Assembly: GCA_024275095.1 (NCBI GenBank)
Contig: JAJRZV010000064.1
Location: forward strand, 1 to 36,710
Direction: 5' to 3'
From: a bacterium
Lineage (GTDB): Bacteria > JAJRZV01
DNA: 36,710 bases
Each line of letters opens with the position of its first letter. Position 1 is the first letter of the stretch. Positions 1 through 8,270 of the stretch are shown here, piece by piece. Position numbers and translations under genes: made by a program. The notes beneath the pieces were generated by a model. It was not told where the DNA came from and searched no databases. It saw only the letters and a list, made by a program, of their open reading frames with translations.

Positions 1-79
1 GTTATTGGTGCACCGGTTGCATTTGGCACCACGTTTTTCCCGAATGTGCATAGCGTATCATTGTTGAATGACGTAAAGA

Positions 80-1117
80 CTATGCCGGCTCCACGCTGTC
101 ACGGGAGCGCATTTTTACACGGTACATGGCCTGATCAGCCAGCCGGATAAGGTCGAGCTTGTTGTCGGTGTCTTCTGGATAACATGACACCCCGAAGCTG
201 GCAGTTATGCGGACAATAAGCCCGTTTTCCATTTCAAACGTGGCTTCGCGGATGGCTTCCCGCAGTCGCCATGCAACTTTAAGGGCCCCTTCTTTGTCTG
301 TCTCTGGAAGAATAATTACAAATTCGTCGCCTCCGTAACGGGTGGGCACGTCTATTTCACGAAGGTTTCGTTTGAGCAACCCGGCAACCTCGCGCAGAAG
401 CTGACTGCCTATGAGATGACCGTGTGTGTCATTGATGTTTTTGAAAAAATCCAGGTCGAGGAAAATGATGCTCAGGGGCTTGCCATAACGCTTTGCACGC
501 TTGAGCTCCAGGTCCAGAACATTGTTCATATGCCTGGAGTTGTAAAGTCCGGTCACATCATCCCGGATGGAAAGTTCCTGGACCTTGCGGAAGTAGATCG
601 CATTTTCTATGGCGATAGCAGCATAGTCAGCCAGGGTCATGAGAAGAGTCTTTTCATGTTCGGTGATGGTTGAACTGCTTGTGTCCTTCACAAGTTCAAT
701 AACACCGAGGATACGCCCCTTGCTCTTGAGAGGCAGGCATATTATGGAACTGTTCTCGAAATCTTCGATAATTTCTCCAAAACGCGATGCCTCCTTTTTT
801 ACTTCTGTGGAACTGAGGATGAGCATCTCTCCGGTTTTTGCCACGAATCCAGGGATGCCTTCTCCTATCTTCATCCGCTTCCCCTTCAGGTGCCTGGCAG
901 CATCTCCCACGAGAATTTGAAAGTAGAGCTCTCCGCTTTTCTCGTCAACCAACATGAGGGACCAGCTTTTGGGACGAAGGAGCTTGGAAATCTGGTCCAT
1001 GATCTTGTTGAGCACGTCGTTGAGTTCCAGCGAGGACGTGAGGGTTTTGCCAATTTCGATAAAAAGGGCAAGATTGTTTCCCTGATTCGGATTTTTTTCA
1101 GGATGTTCGACAGCCAT
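80..1117 (-). CDS. GAF-GGDEF diguanylate cyclase
   Basis: N-terminal GAF-like region (LTSSLELNDVLNKI...GEGIPGFVAKTGE...CLPLKSKGRILGVIEL). C-terminal DDVTGLYN, DLDFFKNINDTHGH and RYGGDEF, with an RxxD I-site (REID) just upstream. Confidence 0.95.
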   Translation of the reverse strand: MAVEHPEKNPNQGNNLALFIEIGKTLTSSLELNDVLNKIMDQISKLLRPKSWSLMLVDEKSGELYFQILVGDAARHLKGKRMKIGEGIPGFVAKTGEMLILSSTEVKKEASRFGEIIEDFENSSIICLPLKSKGRILGVIELVKDTSSSTITEHEKTLLMTLADYAAIAIENAIYFRKVQELSIRDDVTGLYNSRHMNNVLDLELKRAKRYGKPLSIIFLDLDFFKNINDTHGHLIGSQLLREVAGLLKRNLREIDVPTRYGGDEFVIILPETDKEGALKVAWRLREAIREATFEMENGLIVRITASFGVSCYPEDTDNKLDLIRLADQAMYRVKMRSRDSVEPA

Positions 1118-1174
1118 AAAAAGGACACCCCTTCAGCGTTAAAGGATATAATATCATTGAACTATTTATTATAT

Positions 1175-2929
1175 TCACCTTTTAGCCCCTTTTCCAATTT
1201 TTAAACCGCTTTTTCTCTTTTCTTTGGCCCAGGAAAGGATTTTTTTGATGGGCCATGTGTTCAGCACGTGGTCTTTTTCGCACCATCCCCTGCGCGCAAC
1301 TCCCACCCCCAGTTCCATCATCCACATCTGATCCTCGTGATGGGCATCGCTTCCAATGGCGATTTTAACCCCGAACCTGAGAGCCTCTCGTACCAGTTCG
1401 TCGTTAAGGTCGAGACGCAGGTAATACGCATTGATTTCCAGTGCTGTACCGGTTGAAGCGGCTTCTTTGAATACAGTTTCCCAGTCGAGTTTGTAACCCT
1501 CCCTCTCACCCAAAAGTATTCCCGAAGGGTGGGCCAGTATGTGGACATGGGGGTGTCGTATGGCTGCAAGGATGCGTTTCGTCATTTCTTCTACGCTCAT
1601 GTTAAAGCGTGTGTGCACCGAGGCAATGACGATGTCCAGTTGTTCCAGAACCCCGTCAGGATAGTCGAGTGTGCCATCAGGGAGGATATCTACTTCTGCA
1701 GAAGGAATGAGGTAAACTGAACTTTTTTCGTTGAGCTTTCGGATCACCCAGGTCTTTTTGAGCAGGTCCTGGGAAGAAAGTCCTCGGGCCACTTTGAGGG
1801 ACTGAGAGTGATCGGCCAGTCCCACGTATTCGTAACCGTATTGTTTGCCAGCTACTTCCGCGATACGCTCTGGAGAAGCTGTTCCATCAGAAAATGAGGT
1901 GTGCACGTGAAAGTCGCCTTTGATATCTCCAAGTTCCACCAGCCGGGGAAGCTCATTTTTCAGGGCCAGTTCCACCTCGCCCCGGTCTTCCCGCATTTCA
2001 GGAGGGATAAATTCCATCCCCAGTGCTGCGTATATTTCTTTTTCAATGTGCGAGGCAATGACTTTACCATTTTCGTTAAAAAGGCCGTATTCACTGAGTT
2101 TCCAGCCTTTTTCTCCAGCAATCTTTCGGAGTTTAATGTTGTGTTCTTTGGAGCCCGTGAAATATTGAAGGGCTGCCCCGTAAGACTCTGGCGCGACAAC
2201 CCTCACGTCGACCTGAACACCCTCATCCACAATAATACTGGCTTTTGTATCTCCACGAGCGAGCACGTCCCGTACGAACGGAGCCTTAACAAAAGCATTG
2301 GTAATATCAGGGCCGCTTTGAGAGGCGACCAGGATATCTATGTCTCCTACCGTGGATTTTCGGCGCCGCAGTGATCCGGCTTCCTGGACCTCTTTTACAC
2401 TGTTTATCTCCCTGAGAAATTCTACCGCACGCCGGGCCACGGGGAGGGCAATACCCAGATGGATGCGGTCGCTCATGGAACGGTACATGGCGATGCCTTT
2501 TTTGATTTTTTCGACGGTTTTTTCACGAATTTTCGGGAGCGTGAGCAGTTTGCCTTCCTCGATGGCTCTCTCAAGTGATTCCACATCTACGATACAGAGC
2601 TCGTCATACAAGCGTTTTACAGTCTTGGCACCAAGCCCTGGTATTTTCATAAGTTCTAGGACGCCAGGGGGTACTTTTTCCTTTAACTCGGCGTGTTTTT
2701 TAATGCGTCCCGTTGAGAGATATTCTTCAATTTTCTGGGATATTTTGGCCCCTATGCCGGGTAATTTTTGAAGTTCACCCTGCCCGGCGATTTTTTCTAT
2801 GTCACCGGTCAGGGCCTCGAGAATACGTGCGGCATTACGGTATGCACGGATTTTGAAGGGATCTTCACCCTCAAACTCGAGCATGTCCGCCATTTCTTCG
2901 AATATCTGGGCGAGTTCTTTGTTTTTCAT
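1175..2929 (-). CDS. polX: DNA polymerase X with C-terminal PHP domain (PolX)
   Basis: N-terminal PFKIRAYRNAA and HhH motifs (LPGIG, IPGLG). Catalytic GSLRR...GDIDIL and VDVR, plus YFTGSKEHN. PHP motifs HVHTSFSDG, DHS, AHP and GSDAH. Confidence 0.95.
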   Translation of the reverse strand: MKNKELAQIFEEMADMLEFEGEDPFKIRAYRNAARILEALTGDIEKIAGQGELQKLPGIGAKISQKIEEYLSTGRIKKHAELKEKVPPGVLELMKIPGLGAKTVKRLYDELCIVDVESLERAIEEGKLLTLPKIREKTVEKIKKGIAMYRSMSDRIHLGIALPVARRAVEFLREINSVKEVQEAGSLRRRKSTVGDIDILVASQSGPDITNAFVKAPFVRDVLARGDTKASIIVDEGVQVDVRVVAPESYGAALQYFTGSKEHNIKLRKIAGEKGWKLSEYGLFNENGKVIASHIEKEIYAALGMEFIPPEMREDRGEVELALKNELPRLVELGDIKGDFHVHTSFSDGTASPERIAEVAGKQYGYEYVGLADHSQSLKVARGLSSQDLLKKTWVIRKLNEKSSVYLIPSAEVDILPDGTLDYPDGVLEQLDIVIASVHTRFNMSVEEMTKRILAAIRHPHVHILAHPSGILLGEREGYKLDWETVFKEAASTGTALEINAYYLRLDLNDELVREALRFGVKIAIGSDAHHEDQMWMMELGVGVARRGWCEKDHVLNTWPIKKILSWAKEKRKSGLKIGKGAKR

Positions 2930-2948
2930 GTGCAGTGCAACGCGCTGA

Positions 2949-5132
2949 TTATTTGAGCAGTTCTTTTAACTCTGGATTGGCTTGTACGCGGGCGCGCATT
3001 GCTGGTTGAATGCTCAACAGCCTGTCAACAGACTTTCGGGCTTTGTCTTTAAAGCCGGCCCTTGCTTCAATGATGGCTCTTACCAGCCAGTATCGGGGCT
3101 CCCTGGAGAGGTTTTCTTCGCTTTCTTTAATCACATTCAGTGCTTCCTTGGATTTCCCTATTCTCAAAAGATACAAAGCATAGGAGGCTACAGATTCATA
3201 GCTTTTTCCAGATATCAATACGGCCTGCCTCAGGACGCTGCCCGCAAGTCCCACTTTGCCCAGGGGGAAAAGTGCGTTACCGAGCACACTGAGGGCATTG
3301 GCATTGCGCACACCGTACCGCATGGCTTTCAACACTTCGTCCAGGGCCATTTGCGGATTTTTCTTTTTTAAATAAAGGGATGCCAGGTAGAGCTCGATTT
3401 CACCGGCGGCATACATGTGGGTCGGCATGGCCTCTCGAAATTGACGGATGGCCTCGTCTATTTCTCCGCTGTCCGAGAGAAACATGGCGTATTCCTTTCT
3501 GGCTTTGCCAAAATAGGGAACCTGCTCCAGGCAGTGCCTCATGCTTTCAGCCGCTTCCCTCGGTCTGCCTAGTTTGGCGAGGACGAAAGACCTGTCGTAG
3601 TAAATGCGCTCGGCAAACGGTTCGTACTGAAGTCCTTTTTCAAAGAAAAGGAGGGCATCCTGCAGTCGGCCCTGTTTTTTGAGCAACTGTCCAATGCGGT
3701 AGTAAATTTCCGATTGTGTAAAGTTGATGTTCCAGATAATTGCGAGAATAAGGAGGGGCACGGTGAATGCCAATCCGACATACTTGAGTATTCCCTGCCA
3801 CGCGCCCTGTGTCCGTTCGAAAAACCGTGTGACGAAATCACCTTCATTAACAAAAGCTGAAAGTACTCCGAGGGTCAGAAAAAATTGATGTATGGACCCC
3901 GGCATCTGGAACGGAAACGTGAAAAGTGCATCCGTGAGTTCACCCACCACTGCAGCTCCCAGGGTTGCTGCGATCCAGAAGTCGTCGGTGTCTGCATGAC
4001 GTTTCATGAAGGAGAGGGTTTTTACTCCCAGCGTGATAAACGTCGCCAGAAAAAGAATGAGGCCCACGATCCCCAGATCGGCGAAAATATTAAGGAATTC
4101 ATTGTGTGTTTTGTCCACGCGTGTGTTGGACTCGAGTGTCATTTTTTCCTGGACCTCGTCCTGGTACTTCCAGGAGAAAACCTCGTAGTTTGCAAGTCCC
4201 ACTCCAATACCGAAGTGATCTCGAATAATATCGAGCGCCTGCCTCCACGCGTGGATGCGGATTTGTACAGAGGAATGACGTAAATTAAATGAAGAGAGAA
4301 ATGTGTAAACATAAGATTTTCCTGTTGATGTGAACCCGAAGAACAGTGTTCCTGCAACGATGAGTGCACCGATTCCCGCAGCAATTGCCCTGATGTTTCT
4401 CACGATGAACTTTCTGTTGGCGAATGCGATTGCACCGGAGACAAACAGCGTCATGGTGATAATGGCCATGTAACCCGCACGCACGCGGCTTACAAGAATG
4501 TAGTAAACGATGAGAAAGGCAGCGATGCCGCTTGCTATTTTGAGCGCTTTGTTCACATTCGTTGCAATTATTGCGAGTGCCATGGGAAGGATTACGACGA
4601 GCACGTCCACCGTGAAATTGGACAGCCCGTACGTGGTCACCGGGTCCTTTGCCCCATACTGGTCCTTGGGCATGGCAAAGAATCCACTGTCAATGTGATA
4701 TTGGAGTATTCCGTAAACCGATATAAAAAGACCTGTGGCAAGAGACACCAGCAGAAAGAGTATGACCTTTCGTTTGTCCCGCTCTCCATTGAACACAATC
4801 CGCGCGAGCCCGTAAGCAATAACCGTGGCATCGAGCATCATTCCAAGCTTGAAAACTTTTGTCGGCACACGCGCCCACGTGGCAGAAAGCGCGGCCCAGA
4901 AGGCAAGGACAAGAAAGAATGTAAAATCGGCTGAGAAAATGTCTTTCAGGCTCCGCCGCGAAAGGAGAGGAATGGCTGCAATAAGGGCAAGCAACAGGCA
5001 GGCATTGCTCGCCGCCTGTTTGGACCATATAAATTCAAACCTATAGTAATAAATCGCTACAAAGGGTATGGAGAAAAGAAGAATCCCTGCGGGTATCCAT
5101 TCACTCAGCTTAAAACTGCGTTCTTTACGCAT
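2949..5132 (-). CDS. O-antigen ligase (Wzy_C) family membrane protein with C-terminal TPR repeats
   Basis: Many hydrophobic helices, then R..AW...GIGVGLANY and THNEFLNIFADLGIVG (Wzy_C signature), and a TPR-like helical C-terminus. I chose the ATG at 5132 over the TTG at 5222 because it removes the overlap with the upstream gene. Confidence 0.85.
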   Translation of the reverse strand: MRKERSFKLSEWIPAGILLFSIPFVAIYYYRFEFIWSKQAASNACLLLALIAAIPLLSRRSLKDIFSADFTFFLVLAFWAALSATWARVPTKVFKLGMMLDATVIAYGLARIVFNGERDKRKVILFLLVSLATGLFISVYGILQYHIDSGFFAMPKDQYGAKDPVTTYGLSNFTVDVLVVILPMALAIIATNVNKALKIASGIAAFLIVYYILVSRVRAGYMAIITMTLFVSGAIAFANRKFIVRNIRAIAAGIGALIVAGTLFFGFTSTGKSYVYTFLSSFNLRHSSVQIRIHAWRQALDIIRDHFGIGVGLANYEVFSWKYQDEVQEKMTLESNTRVDKTHNEFLNIFADLGIVGLILFLATFITLGVKTLSFMKRHADTDDFWIAATLGAAVVGELTDALFTFPFQMPGSIHQFFLTLGVLSAFVNEGDFVTRFFERTQGAWQGILKYVGLAFTVPLLILAIIWNINFTQSEIYYRIGQLLKKQGRLQDALLFFEKGLQYEPFAERIYYDRSFVLAKLGRPREAAESMRHCLEQVPYFGKARKEYAMFLSDSGEIDEAIRQFREAMPTHMYAAGEIELYLASLYLKKKNPQMALDEVLKAMRYGVRNANALSVLGNALFPLGKVGLAGSVLRQAVLISGKSYESVASYALYLLRIGKSKEALNVIKESEENLSREPRYWLVRAIIEARAGFKDKARKSVDRLLSIQPAMRARVQANPELKELLK

Positions 5133-5169
5133 GGACAATTTTACATCATGGCATGTTTGGCTTTTTGAT

Positions 5170-6594
5170 TCAATGGGTGGCACATTTTTTACACTGACTC
5201 GCTGGTTTTGCGACCCATTCAAGCTTTACCCTGCCCATGAGTCGTGCCACTTCCATCCACTTTGAGATGTCACCCGAGGAAAAACGAATATGGGAAACGT
5301 CAGCGGGAACCTGACCGAAAACAGGATCACTGGAAAGCCATTGCCCCACGTACGCTTCAACCCATGCGTGGTAGAAAAATCGACCTTCCGAATACACCAG
5401 CCCCACAGCCACTCTTGCCGGTATGCCCAGTGCTCTGAGCATTGAGGCGAGGAGGACCGCGTGCTCATTGCAGTCTCCTTTGCCGGAGCGGAGGACATCG
5501 CCGGGATCCGGAATGGACACCACGGGCTCTTTTGCTATGTTGGAGTAAACCCAGGTGGTGAGTTTTTTCACCACTTCAACAGCATCTTTTGATGAACCTG
5601 CAGCTTTGAGAGCTGCCCTTTTTACCGCAGGGTCGTGGGGATTGATAAGGGGGTCTTCGGCAAGGTACTCTGCCATGTCGTTTCCTGTATAGGGTATGGT
5701 GTATCCGCGGGCAGGGATGCTTTCCTGGAACACGGTGATGAGCTCGCCTTTGACGTGCTGACGGAATCCCTCAATAGGGAGGTCTGTTATTTTTACTCCT
5801 GACACGCGATAAGTGGCCTTTGTGTACTTTCGAGGGTCAGGGCCGGAATAAGGTACTGCATACTGGGCTATAAGGTCTCGTGTGCCTGCAGCAGTGAGTT
5901 CTTCTATTTTGACAGGTTCGGGAGAACGGACGGCCACAAGCCCGGTAGCATCTTTTTCAAAGATGACCTCACCGGTGCGAGGATCCACAATGGAGAGAGA
6001 AGACGTACCTGACGCTCGCGTGATAAATGCAGGGCCTGAATAAGTGCGGCCTTGCAATTGCATGCTTTTTTTACCTGCATATTCCACGGTGGTTTTTACC
6101 GGTTGCCCCATCATGGGATCAAACAGGAGAACCTCTTCCTTTTTGTGTCCTGATTTGAGCATCTTGCGATAGACGTCGTTCAGGTTGTAGGGGGTAACCA
6201 GCCAGCTGCCGCGAGGAACGTTCACGTGAAATGTACGGGAGCCGGCCGGACTTTCTCGTTTTAGCTGGAGAGCGCCCTGAACAGCTTTTACCTCGTATGA
6301 GACCGGTGCTTCTCCCTGCATGGTTACTTGCAGATACCTCAGCTTGCCGTCATAGAATTCTCCCTCGCCCTGGATGATGATGTCTTTTACGTCGCCGTAT
6401 ACGTTGAGGCGCAGCCTGTTTTCAAACTCAAGTTTTTCAATTTTTCCAGAGATGTGCCTGATTTCTTTGCCGTAACCTGCGGGCGTGTCACCGAGGTAGA
6501 GGCGATACCACGTTACCCGTGCAAGGACGTGAGCTTGCGGGATGGTACACAAGAAGAGAATAAAGGAGATGACACGTGACAGGTTGCTCTTCAA
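5170..6594 (-). CDS. Exported transglutaminase-like (cysteine protease/transglutaminase core) protein
   Basis: Signal-peptide-like N-terminus. Intact triad GDCNEHA...LRALGIPAR...YHAWVE...SDP. Confidence 0.9.
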   Translation of the reverse strand: MKSNLSRVISFILFLCTIPQAHVLARVTWYRLYLGDTPAGYGKEIRHISGKIEKLEFENRLRLNVYGDVKDIIIQGEGEFYDGKLRYLQVTMQGEAPVSYEVKAVQGALQLKRESPAGSRTFHVNVPRGSWLVTPYNLNDVYRKMLKSGHKKEEVLLFDPMMGQPVKTTVEYAGKKSMQLQGRTYSGPAFITRASGTSSLSIVDPRTGEVIFEKDATGLVAVRSPEPVKIEELTAAGTRDLIAQYAVPYSGPDPRKYTKATYRVSGVKITDLPIEGFRQHVKGELITVFQESIPARGYTIPYTGNDMAEYLAEDPLINPHDPAVKRAALKAAGSSKDAVEVVKKLTTWVYSNIAKEPVVSIPDPGDVLRSGKGDCNEHAVLLASMLRALGIPARVAVGLVYSEGRFFYHAWVEAYVGQWLSSDPVFGQVPADVSHIRFSSGDISKWMEVARLMGRVKLEWVAKPASQCKKCATH

Positions 6595-6608
6595 ATACTC
6601 GCCCTCAT

Positions 6609-7529
6609 TTACACGTACTCAAGCATTCGTTCCAGAGCCACGCGTGCCCGGGCGGCAATGTCTTCTGGAACGTGTATTTCAAAGGTACTTTCTTTAAGTG
6701 AAGCGAGCACGTCTTCAAGGCGTGTTATTTTCATGCTCACGCATATGCGTGCCGGCCCCAATGGATAAAACGTTCGATCAGGATTTTCTCTTCGAAGCCT
6801 GTAAATGAGCCCTTCTTCGGTACCTATTACAAATTCCTTTGCATCAACTTCGCCGGGCAACCTGACCATACCCCCTGTGCTTCTCACTTCATCTGCCATG
6901 TCGATGACTTCAGGAGGACATTCGGGATGTACAACTATTATTGCATCAGGATGATCTTGTCGGGCCTTCTCCACCTCCTCGCGAGAAAATTTCTGGTGGA
7001 CGTAGCAGAAACTGTTGGGCCAGTAAATTTTTTTGTCCGTGAATCGCTGGGCGTAATGGGCCAGGTTCCTGTCGGGAACGAAGATGATTTCATCTGCCGG
7101 AATGTTTTGAATTACCTTCACTGCATTGGCCGATGTACAGCACACATCGGCGTGCGCTTTCATCTCAGCCGTGGTGTTTACATAGGCGACAACCACTGCC
7201 CCGGGGTATTCCCTCTTCATTTCCAGGAGCTGGCGCATTTCCATCATTTCTGTCATGAAACAGCCTGCTTCAATCCGTGGAAGAAACACTCGCTTGTCAG
7301 GGTTGAGGATTTTGGCACCTTCAGCCATGAAGTGGACACCGCAGAAAATAATAACTTCTTCTGACCTGGTCACTGCAGCCCGTGCCAATTCCAGTGAATC
7401 GCCCACCACATCAGCAATGTCCTGTACCTCCGGGAGCTGATAATTGTGAGCGAGAATAACAGCGTTTTTTTCTTTTTTAAGCCTGAGGATTTCCTCAACG
7501 AGAAAATCTTTTTCAGGAAAGTCTTTCAT
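6609..7529 (-). CDS. nadA: Quinolinate synthase
   Basis: LAHNYQ, GDSLELA, FCGVHFMAE, AGC, YVNT, CCTSANA, PDRNL, CYVH, HPEC, GTEEG, C.SMK. All three 4Fe-4S cysteines are present. Confidence 0.97.
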   Translation of the reverse strand: MKDFPEKDFLVEEILRLKKEKNAVILAHNYQLPEVQDIADVVGDSLELARAAVTRSEEVIIFCGVHFMAEGAKILNPDKRVFLPRIEAGCFMTEMMEMRQLLEMKREYPGAVVVAYVNTTAEMKAHADVCCTSANAVKVIQNIPADEIIFVPDRNLAHYAQRFTDKKIYWPNSFCYVHQKFSREEVEKARQDHPDAIIVVHPECPPEVIDMADEVRSTGGMVRLPGEVDAKEFVIGTEEGLIYRLRRENPDRTFYPLGPARICVSMKITRLEDVLASLKESTFEIHVPEDIAARARVALERMLEYV

Positions 7530-7787
7530 CGCGCGCTCACTCTACCATCAAACAAAAAATTTTTCCAACTTCTTTGCGAAGGCTTTTATAAAGCAATTTT
7601 AAAATCCCTTTCCTTTTTTGTCAGCGGTGACCAGGCATTCTGACCGGAGTTTGTTGATGGCGACGCATTCAATGTTTTAAGGCTGGTGCTGGTAAGTCTG
7701 GAGTTTCGGTACATTCTAACGGGTACTACCATAAGTAAGGTTGAATCAGCACATGACCATTTCTGTGTCTATCGTGTAATATAAAAC

Positions 7788-8261
7788 GTGAACTTGCCGA
7801 TGGAGCGAGGATTGAAAGTTTACGCGCGTAACAGAAAAGCCCGTCTCAATTATGATATTGAAGAAAAGCTGGAAGCGGGCATTTGCCTGAAGGGATCTGA
7901 GGTAAAATCCATTCGTGAGGGTCGCGTTAACATCGGTGATGCCTATGTGGCGATTATCAGGGGCGAGGCGTTTTTGGAAAACGCTCATATCTCACCGTAC
8001 AAACCGGCAGGGGCCGGTAACCACGAGCCTGAACGCCCACGAAAGCTTCTTCTCAAACGCCGTGAGCTGGACAAGCTGGCCGGACGCGTGCAGCAGAAAG
8101 GGTACACCATTGTACCGCTGAGCATTTATGATAAAGCGGGTAAGATAAAGGTTGAGATCGCGCTGGCGCGCGGGAGGAAAAAGTACGAAAAGAAGGAAAA
8201 AATTAAAGAACGCGACATGGAGCGGGAGCTGAGAAAAACGTTTAAACACAGGTTTGGGTGA
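7788..8261 (+). CDS. smpB: SsrA-binding protein
   Basis: NRKARLNY, EAGICLKGSEVKSIR, HISPY, R.RKLLL, ARGRKKYEK. The start is GTG 7788 or ATG 7800. Confidence 0.97.
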   Translation: MNLPMERGLKVYARNRKARLNYDIEEKLEAGICLKGSEVKSIREGRVNIGDAYVAIIRGEAFLENAHISPYKPAGAGNHEPERPRKLLLKRRELDKLAGRVQQKGYTIVPLSIYDKAGKIKVEIALARGRKKYEKKEKIKERDMERELRKTFKHRFG

Positions 8262-8270
8262 GCAGGGCAG

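Noticed and set aside
1175..2929. PolX as part of an NHEJ or anti-phage system
   Set aside because: No Ku, LigD or defence genes nearby; it is an ordinary stand-alone PolX-PHP with intact motifs.
7530..8270. tmRNA (ssrA) beside smpB
   Set aside because: No tRNA-Ala-like ends were found, there is no space downstream of smpB, and the upstream gap is too short.
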